A program made the position numbers and the translations under genes. From a virus: DNA of 64,000 bases. The notes beneath the pieces were generated by a model. That model was given only the letters and a program-made list of their open reading frames with translations, was not told where the DNA came from and did not search any database. Each line of letters opens with the position of its first letter. The first letter of the stretch is position 1. The stretch lies in IMG/VR virus record IMGVR_UViG_3300050343_000285, positions 32,001-96,000 of that record; one strand, 5' to 3'. Below are positions 34,891 through 44,086 of this stretch, piece by piece.

Positions 34891-35551
34891 TGAGTCTAGT
34901 CCTTTTGATACAGTTTCTTATTTTACTAAGATCTTTTATTTCATATAAGTGACATATATTTTTATTAATTTTATATGGTTTAATTTCTATGTCGTGTTCT
35001 ATTAATGTGTTTATAATTTCAAATAAATACATATTATTGGATACATAATTCTGAACAATATTCTTACACTTATCAAAACTTTTTTGATTTATGTATATGA
35101 ATTCACAAGCTTTATTTTCTAAATCATAAAAAACAAATTTAACCCTATCATTGTTTATTGTGCAGCCTATTTTAGATTTAAAATTACTATTATTATTAAC
35201 TATTATAGAGTTATTCTTAATCTTAGTTTTACCCAGTATTTCCGTATCAAAAAACATTTCTACATTCATTATAGCTAAAGAAGAAGAGTTGACCATTTGA
35301 ATAGCTTTTTTAATAGCCGTTCCTATATTTGATGTTTGATTAGAATTATAATTAAGATATTTAACCCTAGAGCTAATAATACTATCTAAATATTCCCAAG
35401 ATCCTACTACAATAATTTTAGATCTTTTATAGGAGTTTAATATATTTTTGATTTGAAAATCTAAATATTTTTGTTTATATATTTTTTGCATATATAGACT
35501 ATGTTCTGATACAGAACCGATAGAAATGATAAAATTAGTATTTTGATTCAT
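34877..35551 (-). CDS. Degenerate sugar nucleotidyltransferase/GT-A-like protein
   Basis: LDFQIKNI...KIIVVGS...NIGTAIKKAI...AIMNVEMFF pattern resembles the NTP-transferase fold; the GxGxR motif is absent. Confidence 0.35.
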   Translation of the reverse strand: MNQNTNFIISIGSVSEHSLYMQKIYKQKYLDFQIKNILNSYKRSKIIVVGSWEYLDSIISSRVKYLNYNSNQTSNIGTAIKKAIQMVNSSSLAIMNVEMFFDTEILGKTKIKNNSIIVNNNSNFKSKIGCTINNDRVKFVFYDLENKACEFIYINQKSFDKCKNIVQNYVSNNMYLFEIINTLIEHDIEIKPYKINKNICHLYEIKDLSKIRNCIKRTRLNVPL

Positions 35552-35973
35552 TGCTTTATAGCTTCTATATAATATTCAAATATATTAATATATTTTTTTA
35601 TAGTAATTTTCATACCCTGATCTTTAAGATATTGCAAAATGTCTCCCATGTTATGGATAGATTTTTTATCTGGATATATAACTTTCTTAATAGTTTCTGT
35701 TGGCATCATATCAAAAGTTACCGCAATACAAAGCTGTTTTAGATCTAAGCTTTGTATATATAAAACACCGCTTTTTTTAATTTTTGAGCATATTTTACTC
35801 AATAGAACAGGAACGTCTTCTGCTATAAAATAATCACAGGTATCTTGCAATATTACCGATTCTAATGATTCTGATTCATAATTATTAAGATTGTCGATAT
35901 TTTCATACGAACTATTCGACGGCTGCAATTCTTGTTCAGTTACGTGAAAAAAAATAGATTTTTTATTATTCAT
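35548..35973 (-). CDS. Truncated class I methyltransferase-like protein
   Basis: ESVILQD..D...LLSKICSKIKKSGVLYI matches the C-terminal half of SAM-MTase folds; motif I not seen. Confidence 0.35.
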   Translation of the reverse strand: MNNKKSIFFHVTEQELQPSNSSYENIDNLNNYESESLESVILQDTCDYFIAEDVPVLLSKICSKIKKSGVLYIQSLDLKQLCIAVTFDMMPTETIKKVIYPDKKSIHNMGDILQYLKDQGMKITIKKYINIFEYYIEAIKQ

Positions 35974-36424
35974 AGTATTGAAAAAGTTTCTTATAAGTTT
36001 TAAAGATTATTTCTGACCATATATCAATATTATTACCTTGGTCTTTTTCTAATATTTTATGATAGGGTTCAGACCACGAGGTAGCAATTTTTTCATTTAA
36101 TGCCACTTTATATGTACAAGGAAGTGAGTATGCTTGTGTTTCTGTGATATTTTTAGGTTTTATATCATGTTCAATTAAAAGTATAGGTATATGAAATTGT
36201 ATAGAAATATTTTTACATTTTTCATGAAATAAAATTTTATTATTACATATAATCAAATGTGGAGAGTCTTTACCAAAATATAGTTGATCAAAATTTAATA
36301 AATTATGTCCAAGCTTTTTAATATTTTGCTTAAAGATCGATTGGTCTATTTCTGTCCATATAATATTAATATGATTATTCTTGTCCAGATGTTCTCTGGA
36401 TAATATACCACTTATTGAATTCAT
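35966..36424 (-). CDS. Hypothetical protein in glycosyltransferase cluster
   Basis: Overlap-coupled ORF; may resemble a GT-B N-terminal lobe (PHLIICNN...PILLIEHD). Confidence 0.45.
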   Translation of the reverse strand: MNSISGILSREHLDKNNHINIIWTEIDQSIFKQNIKKLGHNLLNFDQLYFGKDSPHLIICNNKILFHEKCKNISIQFHIPILLIEHDIKPKNITETQAYSLPCTYKVALNEKIATSWSEPYHKILEKDQGNNIDIWSEIIFKTYKKLFQYYE

Positions 36425-37527
36425 TTTAGTAAGCCTTCCACAAAAGCTTTTTCAGAAAACATTTCTCTATCAAAATTATTAATCTTATTGCTTTTTTCTG
36501 TATTTTTTGTTTCGTACGCCAGTCTCATTTGCTGTTGTATAGAATTTAAAAATGGTTCTCTCCATTTTTCATATACAGTAAAAGTATTTTCTATATAAAA
36601 GTCTTTACTGTACACATTAGTTAATAGGCTGTCTATTACAAACCCATTTTTATTATTAATGTATGTATTTGGACCAGTATCTTTGTTAACTATCGTTAGA
36701 TTTTTAAATAACATTGACTCAATAGCTGAAGCACCAAAAGCTTCTGCTTTACACACATCTACATAACAGTCACATTGGTTATGTAATCTCATTATATATT
36801 CTTGTTCATAATATCCAATTATAATTTTTGGTATTTGTATATTTTTTTCCTGAATCCTTAATGCTTTTTCTACTTGCTGTATATCATAAGCTACTATATG
36901 TTCTGCTTCTTGATTATCAAATCCATCAATATCTGTTTTAATAACTAATTTAACATCATCGTGTTTTTTGAACTCCAAAAAAAATGCTGCTAGCAAAGCT
37001 TTTAAATTATTTTTATCTTGATGTTTAGCAATATAATAAAAAACAAAGTCATTATTTTTATCATTAAATATAGGGTCGTAATCTTGATCGAATTTACTTA
37101 AATCAAATGGTTCTGGTAAAATATTAATTTTAGTTTCACAACCAGCATCTATCATAGACGATCTAGACCATACAGACGGAGTAATAACTTTATCCATCAT
37201 ATTTAATCTTTCCACCCATCCTGTATGACCTATTCCATATGTATCTATTTCCGCTATTGCTACATTTTCTCCAAAATCGTAACGGTACTCAAAACAATTA
37301 GGATATCCATGTTGGATAACCATATCATAAGATTTACTGCTATTTTCTTCAAATTCATTATAATCTTTACCTGCTTCATTACCATAGTCCAAGTAGGGAG
37401 TAAAATAGATAGGACGAATAGATAGGTTAATATCAAAATTATAACCTAAAGCATCAACATATCTTCTGGCGGATCTACCTAGACCAGTGTTCTCTTTATA
37501 CGGACCTATGTACAGTATGTTTTTCAT
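36421..37527 (-). CDS. Glycosyltransferase family 4-like (GT-B)
   Basis: MKNILYIGP...GLGRSARRY; KNNLKALLAAF; CDCYVDVCKAEAFGASAIESM (Ex7E motif). Confidence 0.75.
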   Translation of the reverse strand: MKNILYIGPYKENTGLGRSARRYVDALGYNFDINLSIRPIYFTPYLDYGNEAGKDYNEFEENSSKSYDMVIQHGYPNCFEYRYDFGENVAIAEIDTYGIGHTGWVERLNMMDKVITPSVWSRSSMIDAGCETKINILPEPFDLSKFDQDYDPIFNDKNNDFVFYYIAKHQDKNNLKALLAAFFLEFKKHDDVKLVIKTDIDGFDNQEAEHIVAYDIQQVEKALRIQEKNIQIPKIIIGYYEQEYIMRLHNQCDCYVDVCKAEAFGASAIESMLFKNLTIVNKDTGPNTYINNKNGFVIDSLLTNVYSKDFYIENTFTVYEKWREPFLNSIQQQMRLAYETKNTEKSNKINNFDREMFSEKAFVEGLLK

Positions 37528-37528
37528 G

Positions 37529-39148
37529 TTAACGATAATCCAAGAAATCTCTGTTTGTTAATATCGAAATATCCTCTAGCACTTTATTTAAATTTATTTT
37601 ATTATTAAACCACATTTGTAGAATATTTACGGCCTGTTGTCTACCGAACTTAACAACCTCACTATCATTCATTATATAGCCAGTATTTAAAGAGCGTATA
37701 ATTTGTTGAATAAAAAATTGTTTCTTAAGGTGGGGCTCTTCTAAAACATTATCTATTACATAATAAACAAAGTCTCTATTAGAAGCAAGGTCTGGCATGT
37801 CCTTATTTAAAGAGTCAAAATATTCTTTACTAATAGGTGTCCATTTTATTTTACTTTTGGGAATACTATCAAAGATATTTTGAAAATTATTTGCTGTAAT
37901 ATCCCAAGAGTGTTTTTCAATAACATTTTTTCTAATTTTTGTTTTTAATTCTCGCCTTTGTATTAAATCCATGTCAATATAATTCTGTAAGATATCCAGA
38001 CAATGTTTGTCGTCAGGATATACTCTATCCGCACCACTTTCTTGTTCAGTAAAGTCACATTTAATATCTACTCCAAAACCATCAAGATCGTTTATTAAGT
38101 CTAACATAGCTCCATGTTTTACAGAAATAAAGGGTGTACCGCAAGATGCTGCTTCTAGTGGGGGTATACCAAAACCTTCACATATAGAATATTGTAAATA
38201 AATATCCATAGCATTATAAATCTTATGCATATCTGAATCTAACAATCCATTATTTACATTACATATGGTAAGCTTTTTTTGTTTACAATAAGGACATACA
38301 CATACCTCTCCATGCCATAACATAGGAGACCATTTAGAACAGCTCTTACATTTATAAGAGAATAATACATTATTAAAAACTTTATATCTTAATAATAATT
38401 CTGGAATATCCCACCCCTTACCTTCTGGATAGCTTGTGTGTAGATATAACAATATTTTTTTATTAGGATTTTGTTTTTGTAGTTTCGATATAAGTTTTAA
38501 AGTATTGGGTATTAATTTTCTTTTCGCATTTCTCATTACGCTACCAACCACAAAAGTATCAAGCTCTATAGATAGTTGTTGTCTGCAAGAGGTTTGGTTT
38601 TTTGGTTTAAAAATATTTGTATCTACAGAATCTTTAACCACACCCTTAATATCTAAATCATATTGTTGAGAAAGTTCTTTTTTAGCCCAGTCTGTATGTG
38701 TTAGTAATGTGTCGCAATGCTGCATGGCAGATAGCCACTCTTGCTTGAGAGGTAAAGAATCTATAGTTGGGGCTAAAATCCAGTGAAATTTATTTCTAAA
38801 AACAGAAGCTTCTTGATATATAGACATAAAGATATCTCTAAAGTCTACGACTACATCAGGTTTAAAATCAGCTAAAACTATATCAAAACGCCATTGACCA
38901 AATTGGTTAGTAAAATTAGCTTGATAGGATTCATGTCTTTCATCTGTTTTAGTAACTGCATTAGGATATATTTTCCATTTTTCTTCTTTAGGAATGTCGC
39001 AACTTCTGTAGCAAGATAGCTCGGCTATTTTATATTTATTAGAATCATAAAGCCTAGAAAGTAAAGACCTTGTGTAGTTACCATATCCAGAATTAATATG
39101 GCCAGATTCAGTACAGAATAATACTTTGAGTTTTTTATTATTAGGCAT
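37529..39148 (-). CDS. Glycosyltransferase family 4 (GT-B) with Zn-ribbon insert
   Basis: Likely start MPNNKKLKVLFCTES; VGSVMRNAKRK; YNAMDIYLQYSICEGFGIPPLEAASCG; CKSC...CPYC insert. Confidence 0.8.
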   Translation of the reverse strand: MPNNKKLKVLFCTESGHINSGYGNYTRSLLSRLYDSNKYKIAELSCYRSCDIPKEEKWKIYPNAVTKTDERHESYQANFTNQFGQWRFDIVLADFKPDVVVDFRDIFMSIYQEASVFRNKFHWILAPTIDSLPLKQEWLSAMQHCDTLLTHTDWAKKELSQQYDLDIKGVVKDSVDTNIFKPKNQTSCRQQLSIELDTFVVGSVMRNAKRKLIPNTLKLISKLQKQNPNKKILLYLHTSYPEGKGWDIPELLLRYKVFNNVLFSYKCKSCSKWSPMLWHGEVCVCPYCKQKKLTICNVNNGLLDSDMHKIYNAMDIYLQYSICEGFGIPPLEAASCGTPFISVKHGAMLDLINDLDGFGVDIKCDFTEQESGADRVYPDDKHCLDILQNYIDMDLIQRRELKTKIRKNVIEKHSWDITANNFQNIFDSIPKSKIKWTPISKEYFDSLNKDMPDLASNRDFVYYVIDNVLEEPHLKKQFFIQQIIRSLNTGYIMNDSEVVKFGRQQAVNILQMWFNNKINLNKVLEDISILTNRDFLDYR

Positions 39149-39166
39149 AAATAAATTAGTCTCTAT

Positions 39167-39207
39167 AAAAAAAATGTGCGGAAGCCCCCACAACAAGACT
39201 TCCGCAC
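39167..39207 (-). terminator. Intrinsic terminator downstream of ssb
   Basis: Minus strand GTGCGGAAG...CTTCCGCAC stem followed by a long T run. Confidence 0.7.
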
Positions 39208-39225
39208 TCACCACAGCAACCTATA

Positions 39226-39633
39226 TTAGAAAGCTACGGCAGGTTCTCCACTACTGTCCTGACTAGTCTCCTGACTATCTTTTTTGTTAGCGCCAGAAGA
39301 CTTAGAAATCTTCTGAATTCTAGCAAAATTATTTACCCTAACTTTCATTGTGGATCTTTTGATACCATCTTTTTCCCAGGAATCATTTCTTAATGATCCT
39401 TCGATCATGACTAAATCTCCCTTTCGGAAAGAATTGCCAATAGCTTCAGCGCCAGTGTCCCAAGCTTCGCAATTAACAAAGGTCGTAACCTTATCCTGCT
39501 CTCCATTATTCTTAGTAAATTCTCGTGAAACCGCTACGGTAAAATTAATCACAGCAGTTTCCCTGCCAGAAGTATTAACATATCTAAGTTCAGGGTCTCT
39601 AGCTATGTTACCTCTCAAAATTACTAAATTCAT
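39226..39633 (-). CDS. ssb: Single-stranded DNA-binding protein
   Basis: MNLVILRGNIARDPELRY...FTVAVSR...TFVNCEAW...KGDLVMIEGSLR; C-terminal AVAF; AGGAG SD before ATG at 39633. Confidence 0.92.
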   Translation of the reverse strand: MNLVILRGNIARDPELRYVNTSGRETAVINFTVAVSREFTKNNGEQDKVTTFVNCEAWDTGAEAIGNSFRKGDLVMIEGSLRNDSWEKDGIKRSTMKVRVNNFARIQKISKSSGANKKDSQETSQDSSGEPAVAF

Positions 39634-39687
39634 AACAACTCCTATTTTTATAAAACAATGTAAAAGTCTCAATTGACAACATATGTT

Positions 39688-39715
39688 ATTATAAGCTTTT
39701 CTAAGGTTGAGTCAA
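39688..39715 (-). promoter_or_regulatory. Sigma70-type promoter upstream of ssb
   Basis: TTGACT-N16-TATAAT on the minus strand in the intergenic gap. Confidence 0.6.
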
Positions 39716-39717
39716 GC

Positions 39718-41328
39718 CTATACTTGCCAGCATTTCTTCACTATAAAAGAATCCTTATCCTTGGACCTATCTAATTTTAATATTAAAGTATTACCTTCCA
39801 TTAATAAATCTTTATATTTTGTATATTCTTCTGGAAACACAACAAGATCAGAAACTCCAGTAGAGTCTTCAGCTTTAACAAAAGCCATTTCCTGACCTGG
39901 ATTTAAACCCCTTTTGGTTTTGATAACATTTATATCTACAATTTCTGCTCCTAAAATAGGCTGTTTAGGGCAGTTGTTTTTTAATAGATCTTTACATTCT
40001 GCATTAGCCGTATATATATCACAACCATCAATTTTATGACAGGTTAGAGATATACCTAAATAGAATCTTTCATTACTAGCTAACCATTCTGGACTATCTT
40101 CTAAGTTGTAAGGCGGCTTATTTATACTATTGATGATAGATAATACTACATTCTTTCTCTTAGCTATCAGCTTTTTTTCTGTATTATCTATTAAGATAGC
40201 CAATGCTTTATCTATATCAATTTCTTTATCAAAAATTTTATTTAGTACAGACAGCTCTCTGTCGGTAAGACTATTTAAGTTTTCGTAGTAAAATAACATT
40301 TTATTTCTAGATATAGACAAAGTATCTATAGCTCCAACAGATATAATAGCTTTTGCTGCTGTAGAGTTGATATGTTGTAAAAATTCGCAATATAACTTAC
40401 CGAATCCCATATTTTTTAAATTAATATTATTTAATATTTCTGTAATTTTTTCATAAACTGAATCACCAACACCTTTAATATCAGTAAGACCAAAATAGAT
40501 ATTATTATCGTCTTGATCTATAAAAAATTCTTTTGATGGTTTTCGAATGCTAGGTTTATAAACATCTATACCCATTTGGTTAGCATTATTGACTAATTCT
40601 TGAATTTCTTTTAAGGGATCTATTTTATCTTTAGCAAATTTCATATATGCTGCAAAAAAATGTTTAGGAAAATGAGCTTTTATATAAGCAGACAAGTATG
40701 CATTATAAGCATAACTAACAGCATGACTTTTATTAAAACTATATCTTTGACTTTTTTCAATCCATCCAAACACCTGCTCAGCTTCTTCTTTTGATAATAT
40801 TTTAGCGGATGCTGTTTTTTTGATAAAAATCTTTTTAATCTTTTTCATTTCTTCTGGTTGTTTCTTACCGATAGCTTTTCTTAATTTATCAGCTTCGGTG
40901 AGATCGAAATTAGCAACACACTGACATATTTGCATAGCTTGTTCTTGATAAACCATTTCTCCATAGGTGGTTTTCAATATAGGTTCTAATGACTCATGGA
41001 AAAAGTCTACTTCTTCTTCTTGATTTTTTTTATCTATATAATGATTGCTAACAGACTTACCATCACGATAAGCTTCTAGACATCCCGGCCTCATGATACT
41101 TATCAAGGCAGAAAGCTGCTCTATATTGTTAGGTTTTAATTTCTTAGACATCATCTGACCTAGTCTAGATTCTAACTGAAAGCAACCCTTAGTATTCCCT
41201 TCAGATATTAAATTCCATGTTCTATTACAGCTTAGGCAAATATTTTCTAAACTAATATCTAAGTCAACGCTTCCGTCTTTTCCGACAGGAAACTCGCAAG
41301 CACAATCTGCAAATGTTATCGTTTTCAT
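39718..41328 (-). CDS. dnaE: DNA polymerase III alpha, C-terminal half (fingers, HhH, OB)
   Basis: GCFQLES, ISIMRPG, ILKTTYGEMVYQEQAM, EADKLRKAIGKK, YSFNKSHAVSY, FGLTDIKGVG, GQEMAFVKAED. Confidence 0.92.
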   Translation of the reverse strand: MKTITFADCACEFPVGKDGSVDLDISLENICLSCNRTWNLISEGNTKGCFQLESRLGQMMSKKLKPNNIEQLSALISIMRPGCLEAYRDGKSVSNHYIDKKNQEEEVDFFHESLEPILKTTYGEMVYQEQAMQICQCVANFDLTEADKLRKAIGKKQPEEMKKIKKIFIKKTASAKILSKEEAEQVFGWIEKSQRYSFNKSHAVSYAYNAYLSAYIKAHFPKHFFAAYMKFAKDKIDPLKEIQELVNNANQMGIDVYKPSIRKPSKEFFIDQDDNNIYFGLTDIKGVGDSVYEKITEILNNINLKNMGFGKLYCEFLQHINSTAAKAIISVGAIDTLSISRNKMLFYYENLNSLTDRELSVLNKIFDKEIDIDKALAILIDNTEKKLIAKRKNVVLSIINSINKPPYNLEDSPEWLASNERFYLGISLTCHKIDGCDIYTANAECKDLLKNNCPKQPILGAEIVDINVIKTKRGLNPGQEMAFVKAEDSTGVSDLVVFPEEYTKYKDLLMEGNTLILKLDRSKDKDSFIVKKCWQV

Positions 41329-42023
41329 GAACTAAAAGCGCCTTTAAATTGTATCTTACTGCTTAAATTTTTATGCAGTCTTAAGAATCTAATTAATATT
41401 TTTGCACAATCCTCAACATCTTTAATTGCATCATGAGCATTATCTTTGCTTAATCCTAGATAATCTCTCATATTATCTAAAGATAAAGATCTAACTTCGG
41501 AAACATAACTCATCCACAAGAACATAACATGCATTAAATCTATCTTGTCTCTAGGGTGAAATAAACACGTACTTTTTTCTTTATTAACATTATCATATTT
41601 TACACTTAATCTATCTACAATTGGCATATCAAATCTTAATATATTATACCCACAAGCAATAGGTGCTGTAAATTGAGATTTTTTACCCCCATTAGCTTTT
41701 GAGTGATATTTATCTAAATACGATACGAATTGAGACCAAGCATGTTTCTGATTAGGGTATTGCTTCCAATCAGATAATACCTGTTGAGCCGAGATAGCTT
41801 TCACCTTACCGTGCCATTCTAAAATATCCGAGTCGGTATAAGGATTATCGCAAGACTCATCTTCCAATTTTTCAGGTTTAAGCATCACATTAAACTGTGA
41901 ATTTTTAACAATATCTAGCTTTATAGGATCAACAATTACCGCAGATAACTGAACCGGACTACAAACAGAAGGGTTTATCCCATCTGTTTCAAAATCAAAA
42001 ACACAAATTTTATTCCTAATCAT
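41325..42023 (-). CDS. dnaQ: DEDDh 3'-5' exonuclease (epsilon-like)
   Basis: ExoI VFDFETDG, ExoII GYNILRFD, ExoIII HDAIKD. Confidence 0.88.
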   Translation of the reverse strand: MIRNKICVFDFETDGINPSVCSPVQLSAVIVDPIKLDIVKNSQFNVMLKPEKLEDESCDNPYTDSDILEWHGKVKAISAQQVLSDWKQYPNQKHAWSQFVSYLDKYHSKANGGKKSQFTAPIACGYNILRFDMPIVDRLSVKYDNVNKEKSTCLFHPRDKIDLMHVMFLWMSYVSEVRSLSLDNMRDYLGLSKDNAHDAIKDVEDCAKILIRFLRLHKNLSSKIQFKGAFSS

Positions 42024-42192
42024 TTATTACCTCCACCTTTGCTTTGTATTCAAAAAGTATTTTGTTGTTATCCTGTAATTTTAACGCATTACATTCAATT
42101 TGGCAACAGTTCTTTTTTATTTCAGTAATTTTTAAATATTCTAATTTATTGTAAATAAATCTTTGACCCACTTTTACATTCTGGAATTCCAT
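42016..42192 (-). CDS. 58-aa small protein between dnaE-N and dnaQ (not in ORF track)
   Basis: [58 protein letters not shown]; ATG overlaps the dnaE-N TAA; its end supplies the GGAGG SD of dnaQ. Confidence 0.65.
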   Translation of the reverse strand: MEFQNVKVGQRFIYNKLEYLKITEIKKNCCQIECNALKLQDNNKILFEYKAKVEVIND

Positions 42193-44083
42193 TATAAAGC
42201 CTTTATATTCAGTAAATTTTTAGCTAACATGATCTTATCCAATAGGGCTATGCCTAAAATATCGAATTTTATAACACCAATTGATTCTAAGTCGGACATT
42301 TCAAACCCTGCTATATTTTGATTTGTTTTTTTATCCCATATCATTGGACATATAGAGTTCAAAGAGTTATTGGCTATAGCTATACCAGCAGCATGTTTTG
42401 ATTGATTATATTTAGAGCCCTCTAACCGAATAGCTTGCTCAAATCTTTTTGCTAATGGGCCTTGTAGCTCACCATCATCATTTAAATGGCACCATTCTTT
42501 TAGTTTGTCTCCGTTATTTTCTAGAGCCCATCTAATTATGGATGCCCCACCATTCCCATCTTTCATTTGTTGCAATTCGTCAGCTATTTTTGCTTCATCT
42601 GGAATATTTTTTGTTATTTTATTCATTTCTTGGAAACTTATATGTTGCCGTAAACCCTTAATACTTCCTTCAAAGCTCCCCTGCCTTTTAGAGTATTAAA
42701 AGTAATCATTTGAGAAACTTTATCATCTCCATACTTTTCTCTAATATAATTAATAATAGCTTCTCTATGCTCTAATAGGTACGTCCACATCAATATCAGG
42801 CATTGATACTCTGTTTATCGGTGTTTCTCCCTGTATTATAAAATCTTTCAAAAATTAAATCATATTCAATAGGGTCTATAGAGGTAATACCTATAAGGTA
42901 CGACACTAGACAACCAGCAGCACTGCCTCTACCCGGTCCCGGCAAACAATCAATGAGATTTCACACGATCAACGATATCTTTTACAATCAAAAAATAGCT
43001 AGACAGATTTGCTCCTTCGCTAAAACATCAAGTTCTTGCTTGATTCTTTCTACATATATTTCATGCTCATCTTTAGGTACTTTGTTTTGCTATTTTGGAC
43101 TCGCCAGCCATTACGACATAACTCTCTAATATACTCTATCTGGCGTTTGTTTATCTAGGGCATTCAAAATCTGGTAATTGTGGAGCTTATGTAAAATATC
43201 ATAATCCTCACACATATTATCTATTAACTATAGTATTTTCAAGTTCTTCTTGAATCATGCAATTCATCCATTTCTTCAGGAGATAAGAATATAATATTTA
43301 TCAGAAGTAAAAAAGGTAGACAATGCCACTTCTTGATTATTTAAAATTTTATTTGATACATCGGGGAGTGTCGTCTTTAGAGAACTACATAGTAACACTC
43401 TTTGATCTACAGCGTCTAGAATATCGCAATAGTGTGCGTCTATAGTGGCAACTCTAGGAATATGCTTTGACTTAGAAAGATCTCTTAATGACTTTCCTAT
43501 AATCTGTTGATGCTCATTGCCTGCGTCCATTAATTGTATTTCAATAAAAAAATTATCTTTACCAAACACATCTTGTAGATTAGATATATGTTGCAAAGCT
43601 TTATTTTCCCAATCGTCAATCATGGCTGCCTTATCAAAACTATATATCTCATTAGCTAGCGTAGAACCGGGATGTCCCGAAATACAAATAAGGTCTTGAT
43701 TATTTATATACTTTTTTAATATATTTAAATCAATTCTAGGTTTATAGTAAAAATATTCTTCGCTATTAGATACAGAGACTATCTTAATAAGATCTTGCCA
43801 GCCATCATAATTTTTAGCAAGAACTACTAAGTGTGACAAAGATCTATTAGTTTTATCCTTAATGGTAGCGTCAGCACTAATATATAATTCGCAACCTAAT
43901 ATAGGCTTAATATTATTTTGCTTCATAGTTCTATAAAAAATCTATATTACCAGATATAGTGCCGTGATCAGTAATAGCGCAGGACTTGATATTAAGACTA
44001 GCGCATCTTTTAGCAATTTGCTCAGGTTTAGATATACCATCCAATAAGCTATAATGCGTATGTACATGTAATGGTGTGTACAT
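42192..44083 (-). CDS. dnaE: DNA polymerase III alpha, N-terminal half (PHP + palm); several apparent indel errors
   Basis: [45 protein letters not shown] (~42785-42805), KFDILG; frame breaks at ~43935 (T6 instead of T5) and several in 42630-43280. Confidence 0.9.
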
Positions 44084-44086
44084 TAA

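Noticed and set aside
41200-42300. Split intein joining the DnaE halves
   Set aside because: No intein N-terminal block after KFDILG...IKAL, and no His-Asn/Cys junction at the start of DnaE-C.
42626-43940. Frameshifts in dnaE-N read as pseudogenisation or programmed recoding
   Set aside because: There are several scattered indels (e.g. T6 for T5 at ~43935) while catalytic motifs remain intact in alternating frames. This pattern fits long-read error in an essential gene. Read remapping would settle it.
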